This document shows positions 8,959-20,823 of a DNA stretch of 64,000 nucleotides, in pieces (the first letter of the stretch is position 1; each line of letters opens with the position of its first letter). A model generated the notes under the pieces. That model saw only the letters and a program-made list of their open reading frames with translations. It was not told the DNA's origin and did not search any database. The translations under genes and the position numbers were made by a program. This DNA is from Patescibacteria group bacterium (GTDB taxonomy: Archaea; Nanobdellota; Nanobdellia; Pacearchaeales; GW2011-AR1). The stretch covers positions 20,617 to 84,616 of the forward strand of contig JAHYJW010000003.1 of assembly GCA_019428815.1 (NCBI GenBank), read 5' to 3'.

Positions 8959-10152
8959 ATGGTTTTAATAAAGAAAGTTTCTGCGAAGCATATTCCTGAT
9001 TCTCGGAAAGAAAAAACAATTTTTGTTGAAATTAATACTAATGTAGGATCTTTTTCTGGGAGTTCTCCTACAGGAAAATCAACAGGAAAATATGAAGCAA
9101 AACCCTATAAAAAAAATTTAGAAAAAGATATAGAAACAATAAAAAAATTTTCAGATTATTTTTCTGATGAAATTATAGATACCTTCGATGATTTGAGGCG
9201 AGTAGAAGATATTGCAGATGGGCATTTTGGAGCGAATACGCTCTTTGCTTTAGAATCTGCAATTTTAAAAGCACTCTCAAAAGAAAAGAAAAAAGAAGTT
9301 TGGGAATTACTTAATCCCGCATTACAAAAAGAAAGAGAAAGCTTGATATTACCCCGACCTGTTGGGAATTGTATCGGGGGAGGAAAACATTCTGATTCCA
9401 AAGAGAACCCAAACAAAAGACCAGATTTTCAAGAATTCTTGCTAATTCCAAAAGAAGGGTCTATTAAGTCTGATTTTGAGGTAAATAAAAGAATAAAAAA
9501 AGAATTAGAATCCTTTCTCTCAAAAAAAGATAAACAATTTAAAAAAAAGAGAAATGATGAAGACGCTTGGGAAACTACTTTAAACGAAAAGGAAATTTTA
9601 GAACTTTTGTCCTCATTAAAAGGAAATTTTGATTTAGGTGTTGATGTTGCTGCTTCCGGTTTTTATAAAAGGAAAAAATATCAATATTACAACCCCTTAT
9701 TACAAAGGAAAAAAGAAGAACAGTTTCTTTATATCTCAAATTTAATAAAAAACTATAATGTTTTTTACATTGAAGATCCCTTTGAAGAAGAAGATTTTGA
9801 AAGTCATGCAAAACTTTTAGAAAAATTTCCTGAATCATTAATAGTAGGAGATGACTTGATAGTAACTAATTATAAAAGATTTGAAAAGGCAATAAAAACA
9901 AAAAGTGTTAATGCAATAATCGTTAAACCTAACCAAAATGGCTCTTTGATGGAAGTTAAAAGAATCTGCCAACTTGCTAAAAGTAATAATATCAAGATTG
10001 TTTTTTCTCACAGAAGTGGAGAAACAGAAGAGGGTATACTTGCAGATTTAGCTTTTGGTTTTCAAGCAGAATTTTTCAAAGCAGGGATTACGGGAAAGGA
10101 AAGAGAGATAAAAATGAAAAGATTAATTGAGATTGAGAAAAAATTAAAATAA
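8959..10152 (+). CDS. eno: enolase (divergent, short)
   Basis: IPDSR, PTGKSTGKYEA, QEFLLIP, VDVAASGFY, YIEDPFEEED, VGDDLIVTN, VKPNQNGS and SHRSGETEEGILADLA align to the enolase metal and catalytic positions. Confidence 0.8.
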   Translation: MVLIKKVSAKHIPDSRKEKTIFVEINTNVGSFSGSSPTGKSTGKYEAKPYKKNLEKDIETIKKFSDYFSDEIIDTFDDLRRVEDIADGHFGANTLFALESAILKALSKEKKKEVWELLNPALQKERESLILPRPVGNCIGGGKHSDSKENPNKRPDFQEFLLIPKEGSIKSDFEVNKRIKKELESFLSKKDKQFKKKRNDEDAWETTLNEKEILELLSSLKGNFDLGVDVAASGFYKRKKYQYYNPLLQRKKEEQFLYISNLIKNYNVFYIEDPFEEEDFESHAKLLEKFPESLIVGDDLIVTNYKRFEKAIKTKSVNAIIVKPNQNGSLMEVKRICQLAKSNNIKIVFSHRSGETEEGILADLAFGFQAEFFKAGITGKEREIKMKRLIEIEKKLK

Positions 10153-10307
10153 TTTCTATAACTAAATTTTAAAATAATCAGGGATTTTTAGGAATATTCG
10201 CTGGAGAATTACAAAAAAATTCTAAAAATTGTTCTAGACTTTAACTGATTTTTATAAAAAAAAGGGACACTACAAAGTTTTTTAAATACAAATCTCTGTG
10301 AATTTCC

Positions 10308-11291
10308 ATGGATTCCAAAAAAAATGAGAAAAAAATAGAAGATAATAAAGAAGATAATAAAGAAATTTTAGAGGCTTCTAAAAAAGATTCCAATAAAAAA
10401 ATAAAAGAATCAAAAAAGAAAGAGAAAGAAAAGGAGAGAAAAGTTAAAGATTTAAAGAAAGAAGCTGAAGAAGAATCGACAGTTAAAGAAAAAGATTTAG
10501 AAGAAAAGAAAAAGGCTTTATTAGAAAAGGCAAAAAAACTTAAAGAAAAATTAGGGGCTTCTTTAGAAACTGAAGAACTTAAGGAAAGAGTTAAAATAAA
10601 GAAAAAGGAAATGCTCATTCCTCTTGAAGAATATGTTAAAGCCGGAATTTACCTTGGAACAAGAGTAGTAACTCCTAGCATGAGGCCATTTGTTTACAGA
10701 AGAAGAGCAGATGGGTTAGCTATATTTAACACAGATTTAATAGATGAAAAAATAAAAGAAGGAATAGACTTTCTATCTAAATTTTCCCCAGAAGATGTGA
10801 TTTTAGTTTGTAAAAGAGAAGCAGGTTGGAAAGCTGCAAAGAAATTTGGAGAGATCACAGGAATAAGAGTTTTTACAAGGAAATATCCTGCAGGAATTCT
10901 TACAAATAAAGTTTTACCTGATTTTTTTGAAAATGAACTAACAATTATTTCTGATCACTGGGTAGATAAAAATGCTTTAAATGATACTCTTAGAGTTAAC
11001 AAAAAAGTTTTAATGATATGTGATACAAATAATTTCTCAAAAGGGGCAGATCAGATAATTTTAGGGAACAATAAAAGTTCAAGAAGCTTAGGCATCATTT
11101 TCTATTTACTAACAAGAGGTTACTGTAAAAATAAAGGAATAAAAAGAGATATCCCAGATTTAGAATGGTGGACCGAAGAAATTGAAGACGAGAAAAGACA
11201 GAGGATGAAAGACTTAGGTAAAAAAAGTTCCTTTTCTAAAACTTATAAACCTTCCCAGATAATGAGTCCTAAAGAAGGTTATGGAATTTAA
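10308..11291 (+). CDS. rps2: ribosomal protein uS2 with a 101-aa Lys/Glu-rich N-terminal extension (alternative start 10611)
   Basis: The uS2 core begins at MLIPLEEYVKAGIYLGTRV (ATG 10611). The ORF is open from ATG 10308 through a KE-rich low-complexity stretch. Confidence 0.8.
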   Translation: MDSKKNEKKIEDNKEDNKEILEASKKDSNKKIKESKKKEKEKERKVKDLKKEAEEESTVKEKDLEEKKKALLEKAKKLKEKLGASLETEELKERVKIKKKEMLIPLEEYVKAGIYLGTRVVTPSMRPFVYRRRADGLAIFNTDLIDEKIKEGIDFLSKFSPEDVILVCKREAGWKAAKKFGEITGIRVFTRKYPAGILTNKVLPDFFENELTIISDHWVDKNALNDTLRVNKKVLMICDTNNFSKGADQIILGNNKSSRSLGIIFYLLTRGYCKNKGIKRDIPDLEWWTEEIEDEKRQRMKDLGKKSSFSKTYKPSQIMSPKEGYGI

Positions 11292-11364
11292 ATAAAGCTT
11301 TGTATTATTTTAAACCTCTTTTCAAAAAATTTATTTTTTAAAATTTCTGTATCAGATATGAATA

Positions 11365-11841
11365 TTATATTTTAAACCAAATCCAATTTTTTTCTGGATT
11401 TGAACCATAGTTAGTTTTGATAAGAACAAAATCTCCGTCTAGTTTTTTACCTTTTAATGTAAACTCAATTTTATTTGAATTTTTTGATTTTAATATATAC
11501 TCCCCTTTATCCCAAATTTCAACTTTTCCTGCTCCGTAACTTCCCTCAGGAATTGTTCCTTGAAAATTTGCATAATTCAAAGGATGGTCTTCAACTTGAA
11601 TTGCTAATCGTTTTATCCCTTTGCTTTTCGGAGGTTCTTTTGGAATAGCCCAAGATTTTAAAATTCCCCCCATTTCTAATCTAAGATCAAAGTGGTCATG
11701 ACTAGCTTGATGAAATTGAATTACAAAAATCCTTTTTTTATTCTGATCTTTGGATAACTTATCTTTTTTATTCTTTTTATAACCCCCAGGTTCTTTTGTT
11801 TTAGAAAAATCTCTTTTTTGAGAATATTTTTTTAATGCCAT
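11365..11841 (-). CDS. standalone LigD-type 3'-phosphoesterase domain protein
   Basis: FVIQFHQASHDHFDLRLE, LKSWAIPKEPP, EDHPLNYANFQGTIPEGSYGAGKVEIWDKG and GDFVLIK are the hallmark PE-domain motifs. Confidence 0.8.
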   Translation of the reverse strand: MALKKYSQKRDFSKTKEPGGYKKNKKDKLSKDQNKKRIFVIQFHQASHDHFDLRLEMGGILKSWAIPKEPPKSKGIKRLAIQVEDHPLNYANFQGTIPEGSYGAGKVEIWDKGEYILKSKNSNKIEFTLKGKKLDGDFVLIKTNYGSNPEKNWIWFKI

Positions 11842-12210
11842 TTTAAAATAATTTTTTGAAAAGATCTTTAAGACTATTCCCTATTCACTCTAAGTTTAGG
11901 GTATTTAATTAAGTTTTTAATAACTATTTCTAAGGGCCAAAAAGATTTGATTAATTTCATTTTTTTATAAAGAGAATTAAAAAAATACTTAGAAAGATTT
12001 ATAAATGAAAAAATTTGTAAATTTATAACTAAGATGAGTGCCTTAAGAATATACGTGAAATACTTAGATTGTATTAAGGTATGAAGTATGTAGAAGCAGT
12101 AAGTCACTTAGTTGTGTTTCTTAAGTTTTTATTAAGTTTAAATAAATTTATAGAAACGCCTTAATGTTTTTCAAATGCAAAGCCAATAGTAGGAGGAGTT
12201 AAAAAAATTA

Positions 12211-13662
<1,452 letters not shown>

Positions 13663-13785
13663 AAAAATAATTTAAAATACAACAAATTGAAAGATTGTTT
13701 CTACATACTCTCTTAGTTATCTGAAAAAATTTAAAAACCATAACCGGCTCTCGGATATTAAGATTAGTAAAGGATAATTCAAAAA

Positions 13786-13856
13786 GGGCCTGTGGTTTAA
13801 CGGCAAAACACCTCGTTTGCACCGAGGAGCTCCGTGTTCAATTCACGGCAGGTCCA
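13786..13856 (+). tRNA. tRNA-Ala (anticodon UGC), no encoded CCA
   Basis: Hand-folded cloverleaf: acceptor GGGCCTG/CAGGTCC with the G3:U70 Ala identity pair, anticodon stem CCTCG/CGAGG, loop TTTGCAC, T arm CCGTG-TTCAATT-CACGG. Confidence 0.9.
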
Positions 13857-13933
13857 TTTTTTCTAAATGGACTAAATTTAAAAATAGTTAAAAAATAAAA
13901 CATAAATTCAAAAAAATAAAATGGAGATTGAAG

Positions 13934-14182
13934 ATGAGCCTGGCGGAAAAATTAGAAGGAAAAAATTCCACAATAGAAGTCAAAGTAGACGGAGCACTAT
14001 TTTATACCCTAAAAATTCGAGAAGAGGGAATCTCTTCTGAAGTATACGGGGATAGGTGCATTCCTACAGGGACTTATGCTCTTAGAATTGATGGCTTGAG
14101 GATTATGGTAGAAAATAGGATGAAGAGAGATTACCCGGGAAGAGAAATAAACATAAATATTAAATATGACAATGGGAAATAA
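13934..14182 (+). CDS. hypothetical small protein encoded in the 16S-23S spacer
   Basis: GGAG at 13923-13926 precedes ATG 13934 (MSLAEKLEGKNSTIEVKVDGALFYTLKIREEG...CIPTGTYALRI...). The sequence is purine-rich and coding-like. I can confirm no homolog. Confidence 0.3.
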   Translation: MSLAEKLEGKNSTIEVKVDGALFYTLKIREEGISSEVYGDRCIPTGTYALRIDGLRIMVENRMKRDYPGREININIKYDNGK

Positions 14183-14402
14183 AAATTTAGAAAGATTTAT
14201 GCTGATAAATCAAGAAATGTACCCTAGAGAGAAATATGGGGATTATGGTCAAAAGTATAGTAACGATTTCAGAGATTATGCTTTCTCCTCTGAGGGGAAA
14301 AAACAGGGAATGAATAGGCCTGATTATCCAAATAACGAAGAAGTTTTAGGAACTTTTTACAAGAATCGAGGAGGAATTCTTCTCGGGTTAAGTTTAAAGT
14401 AA
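14166..14402 (+). CDS. hypothetical small protein, overlaps the previous ORF in the +1 frame (possibly one frameshifted gene)
   Basis: 78-aa ORF overlapping 13934-14182 by 17 nt. No Shine-Dalgarno sequence. It lies between tRNA-Ala and the 23S processing stem. Confidence 0.25.
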   Translation: MTMGNKNLERFMLINQEMYPREKYGDYGQKYSNDFRDYAFSSEGKKQGMNRPDYPNNEEVLGTFYKNRGGILLGLSLK

Positions 14403-14517
14403 GTTCAATTCAAAAATAAAATCACATCATATTCACTTAAATTTCAAATCACGAAAAAAAAGTGAAAGTTGGTTCCATAGATTTTATGGGATCATTTTGA
14501 GAACGTTATGTTCAATG

Positions 14518-14535
14518 AAATAAGCAGAGGAATCT
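14518..14535 (+). repeat. 5' arm of the 23S-flanking inverted repeat (processing stem)
   Basis: AAATAAGCAGAGGAATCT is the exact reverse complement of 17453-17470. Confidence 0.8.
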
Positions 14536-14583
14536 ACTAGGTGGAATATTTTATATTTCACGTTGAAATGTTTAAGGAATAAA

Positions 14584-17428
<2,845 letters not shown>

Positions 17429-17452
17429 TTATTCTAAAGATATTTCAAAAAA

Positions 17453-17470
17453 AGATTCCTCTGCTTATTT
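17453..17470 (+). repeat. 3' arm of the 23S-flanking inverted repeat (processing stem)
   Basis: AGATTCCTCTGCTTATTT is an 18/18 complement of 14518-14535. Confidence 0.8.
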
Positions 17471-17523
17471 AATTGTTAATTCTTATTACCAAAATGATTA
17501 AAATTAACTAAGACTATTACTAA

Positions 17524-18354
17524 TTAACTAAAACTCTTACTAATTTTTTGATTCCAAAAAGAAGGCAGGGGATTATCAACAAACCCTTGAAAATCGTCTG
17601 AGTAAATATAAGCTATCCCTTTTACGTCTTTAAAAATTTTAAAATCTGATTCAATTCCCTCATAAATCTCCCTTATTTTTTTTCTCTCGAAATCTTTTTG
17701 GAGTAATGAAGAAGGTTTCAGGAGTATATAATCTGCTTGTCTTATCGCATTAACTTCTAAATTTGAAGAGTTTTGTGAAATAAAGATAATGCTTATATTC
17801 TTATGTCTTGCAATCAATAAAAGTTCACTTAGAATTTTGTTTGCATTAGTCATTGCTTTTCTAGAACTAAATAATACACCCCCCTCATCAATTAGAATAA
17901 GAGAATTATTTTTTATTTCAGAAGTATTGTTAACAACATCTATCCAACTAGGCATATCATTTTCTTTAAAACCCATTACATAGAAATTTTTTTTATTCTT
18001 TTTGTTAGCATAAATATTCTCAAGTATTTTTAAGCCAAAAGCAGTTTTTCCTGTTCCTCTTGCTCCTAAAATCAAACCAATAGTACTATCAGAATTTGAG
18101 ATTTTGTCCTCCCATTTTTTAAAATTTCCAGAAACTGTTTTAATAACCTTAAACTGAGAATAATTTGCAGACATACTCTCCCTCTGATCTTCAATATTCT
18201 CTTTTTCTATTTTTGTTTTTGTTTTTCTGAAAAGAGTAATAAGTCCTTTTACAATAAAATAAGGAATTTTAATTAGAAAAAAAAGTACCTTCCATAAAGC
18301 TTTCAAAAATCTTTTTGATTTACCCTCTTTATTAGACTTTTTTCTTTTAACCAT
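17524..18354 (-). CDS. membrane-anchored P-loop NTPase (Zot/AAA-like), function unknown
   Basis: Basic N-terminus plus TM (ALWKVLFFLIKIPYFIVKGLITLF). Walker A GARGTGKT, Walker B LILIDEGG, then IIFISQN. Confidence 0.6.
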   Translation of the reverse strand: MVKRKKSNKEGKSKRFLKALWKVLFFLIKIPYFIVKGLITLFRKTKTKIEKENIEDQRESMSANYSQFKVIKTVSGNFKKWEDKISNSDSTIGLILGARGTGKTAFGLKILENIYANKKNKKNFYVMGFKENDMPSWIDVVNNTSEIKNNSLILIDEGGVLFSSRKAMTNANKILSELLLIARHKNISIIFISQNSSNLEVNAIRQADYILLKPSSLLQKDFERKKIREIYEGIESDFKIFKDVKGIAYIYSDDFQGFVDNPLPSFWNQKISKSFS

Positions 18355-18485
18355 AAATTAAGAACGTAATCCGGTTTTATATTTTTATCTAATCAATTTT
18401 TAAACATAAGAAAATCTTTTAATTTTTATCAGTAGTAAAGGATTTAAATGAGTGTTAACATAAATTCATATAAGGAGGTGTGAAA

Positions 18486-18692
18486 ATGAGTTTTAAATCT
18501 TGGAAAGAATCAAGGATGAAAAATTTAACTTTTTGTGATATAGGGCTAATAAAATGGAGTGTTTTTGCATTTACTCTTATGGTCGCAAAACTCTGGAATC
18601 CAATTTTAAGTTTAGAGTGGTATTGGTATGCTTTAGTCTTTGTAATAGCTGCAGTAATCCCTTCATCAAAAATGTTAAAAAAAGGAAAATAG
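18486..18692 (+). CDS. small membrane protein, hypothetical
   Basis: AAGGAGG at 18472-18478 lies 7 nt before ATG 18486, while the track start GTG 18480 is too close to that SD. Two predicted TM segments. Confidence 0.4.
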   Translation: MSFKSWKESRMKNLTFCDIGLIKWSVFAFTLMVAKLWNPILSLEWYWYALVFVIAAVIPSSKMLKKGK

Positions 18693-18818
18693 TAGTCTAA
18701 ACAAGTTACCAATAGCCTTAAAAAGCCACTTATATAAGATATTTTACTGTTAGAATAAAACTAATTATTTTGGCTAATTCTGATGGTATGAAACAGTTGG
18801 AAGGAGGAATATAGTACA

Positions 18819-19115
18819 ATGAAAGTTTACATAGGGAATTTACCCTTTAGTGTTGACTCTGAAAAATTGAAAGAACTTTTTGCTTCTTATGGAGATATTG
18901 AAGAAGCTACAGTTATTTCAGATAAGTTTTCAGGTAGATCAAAAGGATTTGGTTTTGTAACCTTTTCAAACGATGAAGGTGCTAAAAAAGCAATAAAAGA
19001 AATGAATGAAAAGGAAATTGAAGGAAGAAAATTGAAGGTTAATGAAGCAAAACCAATGGAAGACAGACCACCAAGAAGAACTGGTGGAAGAAACTTCGGT
19101 AATAGAAGATTTTAG
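18819..19115 (+). CDS. RRM-domain RNA-binding protein with an RG-rich tail
   Basis: RNP-2 VYIGNL and RNP-1 KGFGFVTF. C-terminal PPRRTGGRNFGNRRF. GGAGG lies upstream of the ATG. Confidence 0.85.
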   Translation: MKVYIGNLPFSVDSEKLKELFASYGDIEEATVISDKFSGRSKGFGFVTFSNDEGAKKAIKEMNEKEIEGRKLKVNEAKPMEDRPPRRTGGRNFGNRRF

Positions 19116-19293
19116 TTATTGTCTTTAGATTATAATCTTTAGAGTAATCTTTAGGTTATATCTTCTTTTTATTTTTTATATTTATTTTAAATTTTTAATT
19201 TATTGTTTTAGAGAATTCTTTTTAAGATTGTTAATAAATTCTTCAAAAAGAGGGTACCAACAAGCTTAAAAATCATAATTTCGTAAAATTTTT

Positions 19294-19666
19294 GTAAGTT
19301 GGGTAGTTAACTCCGGAATCAACTCTTAATTGAGTAAAAAGTCAAGAAAAAGGATTTTTGATTCTGAGGAAGGTCCGCCCACCTATTAAAGACAAAATCT
19401 TTAATACCCAAATTAGGGGATTGTCTTTTGAAAGGAAGATTCTCGTGAGAGAAAGCTCCAGAACAGAAACGACACAGCTCTTATTGAGTAATGAACTTTG
19501 CGGGGAACTTAGAAATAAGAGATTTGATGAAACGGCTGTCTCAATCGGTGCAAGGATAAAATCCGCTTAGTTAAATGTTAACCCATTTGGTTTGTCTCAG
19601 CTGAAAAAGCTATGCTTATGCAAAGAGAAACAACAAATGACAGAAGGTGGCCTATTCCCAACTTAC
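19294..19666 (+). ncRNA. rnpB: RNase P RNA
   Basis: P1 pairing GTAAGTTGGG (19294-19303) with CCCAACTTAC (19657-19666). CR-I-like GAGGAAGGTCCGCCC and CR-V-like ACAGAAGGTGGCCTA. Confidence 0.8.
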
Positions 19667-19795
19667 AAATTTATTTTTTTAATTTATGAATGTTAGTTCT
19701 TATTCAATTTGTTAGAGACACTAAAAAATTCTTAGAAAGTCTTTTAAAATGAATAAAATTATATATTTTGGGTATTTATTTTAATGTCCTTATCT

Positions 19796-19867
19796 GGGAC
19801 CATAGCTCAGCGGGAGAGCACATGACTGAAGCTCATGGTGTCCGGGGTTCGACTCCCCGTGGTCCCA
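19796..19867 (+). tRNA. tRNA-Phe (anticodon GAA)
   Basis: Cloverleaf: GGGACCA/TGGTCCC acceptor, GCTC-AGCGGGA-GAGC D arm, CATGA-CTGAAGC-TCATG anticodon arm, CGGGG-TTCGACT-CCCCG T arm. Confidence 0.9.
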
Positions 19868-19950
19868 TATTCTAAAATTTGTGTATTAATTAAAAATCAA
19901 AAAGATTTATAAAAGAAAATTAGTTATTTACATTATTAAAAGAGGAAAAA

Positions 19951-20196
19951 ATGAGTAAACAAATTGATATGCCCACAGTAAGTTATTTACTTGGAATTTT
20001 AAGCATTGTTTTATCTTTCTCTGTTCCATTTGCATCTTTAATCTGTGCAATTATTGGATTAAACAAAAGCACTCAACTTAATTTAAAGGAATCAAAAAAA
20101 TTAAATCTTATAGGATTAATATTAAGTATCGCTTTTGGAATTGTATCTATCATAGGGATTTTAATGCAAATGGGTGATCTTAACTTCCCAATCTAA
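19951..20196 (+). CDS. small two-TM membrane protein, hypothetical
   Basis: 81-aa ORF with two hydrophobic helices. GAGGAAAAAATG context. Confidence 0.45.
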   Translation: MSKQIDMPTVSYLLGILSIVLSFSVPFASLICAIIGLNKSTQLNLKESKKLNLIGLILSIAFGIVSIIGILMQMGDLNFPI

Positions 20197-20197
20197 A

Positions 20198-20767
20198 ATG
20201 GAAAAAATGGCTTTAGGTAAAAAAAAGGGTGCTATGGAATTATCTGTTAGCACAATGATTATTGTTGTTTTAGCCATGGTTCTTTTAGTTTTAGGAGTTT
20301 TCTTTATCCAAAGAATCTTTGGTTCAGCTACTAACGCAATAGATTCTATTGACTCTCAAGTTCAAAGTGAGATACAAAAATTATTTGCTGACGAAGCTCA
20401 TATTCTTGCAGTTTACCCTACATCAAGAGAGGTAATATTAAAAAAGGGGGACCGAAAAGGATTTGCTTTTTCAATTAGAAACAGTCAAAATGAAGCTCGA
20501 CTTTTTGAATATGAAATTGAAGCTGTTGAGTCTTATGATTTTTCTGGAAAATGCGGAAGCAGTTTTAGTAAAGCGCAAGCAGATTATTGGATGGTAATTA
20601 GTTCTGGAAGTTTTAACTTAGCTGGGGCGGCAACTTCTACTCTCCCTGAATTAATACTCTTTGATATACCTGAGGAGGCGCCTTCTTGTTCTATTCCATA
20701 CAGAATAGATATTACCGCAAATGGTGAACCATATGCAAATACTCAGATTTATTTAGTGATTAAGTAA
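20198..20767 (+). CDS. secreted protein with a class III (type IV pilin-like) signal peptide
   Basis: Start trimmed to ATG 20198, 1 nt after the upstream stop. MEKMALGKKKG|AMELSVSTMIIVVLAMVLLVLGVFF fits a basic-Gly cleavage site followed by a hydrophobic helix. Confidence 0.5.
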   Translation: MEKMALGKKKGAMELSVSTMIIVVLAMVLLVLGVFFIQRIFGSATNAIDSIDSQVQSEIQKLFADEAHILAVYPTSREVILKKGDRKGFAFSIRNSQNEARLFEYEIEAVESYDFSGKCGSSFSKAQADYWMVISSGSFNLAGAATSTLPELILFDIPEEAPSCSIPYRIDITANGEPYANTQIYLVIK

Positions 20768-20823
20768 AAAACTCTCAAAAAGTTTTAACTTAAATTTTTA
20801 AATTACTTTTTCTTTATTTAATC

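Noticed and set aside
10241-10618. 125-aa minus-strand Ser/Phe-rich ORF.
   Set aside because: It is the antisense mirror of the KE-rich (AAR/GAR) stretch of the uS2 ORF, and its composition is an artefact.
11874-12107. 77-aa minus-strand ORF upstream of the 16S.
   Set aside because: It lies in the AT-rich rRNA promoter and leader, which contains TATA-like elements and the 16S processing-stem arm. The composition is not protein-like and there is no SD.
19122-19154. Three short direct repeats, TCTTTAG / TAATCTTTAG, spaced 12-14 nt apart downstream of the RRM gene.
   Set aside because: They are very short and lie in T-rich terminator-like DNA, so they are plausibly chance or part of the oligo-T terminator.
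19358-19570. 70-aa plus-strand ORF.
   Set aside because: It is wholly inside the RNase P RNA, between the CR-I and CR-V-like elements and within the P1 helix. There is no SD.
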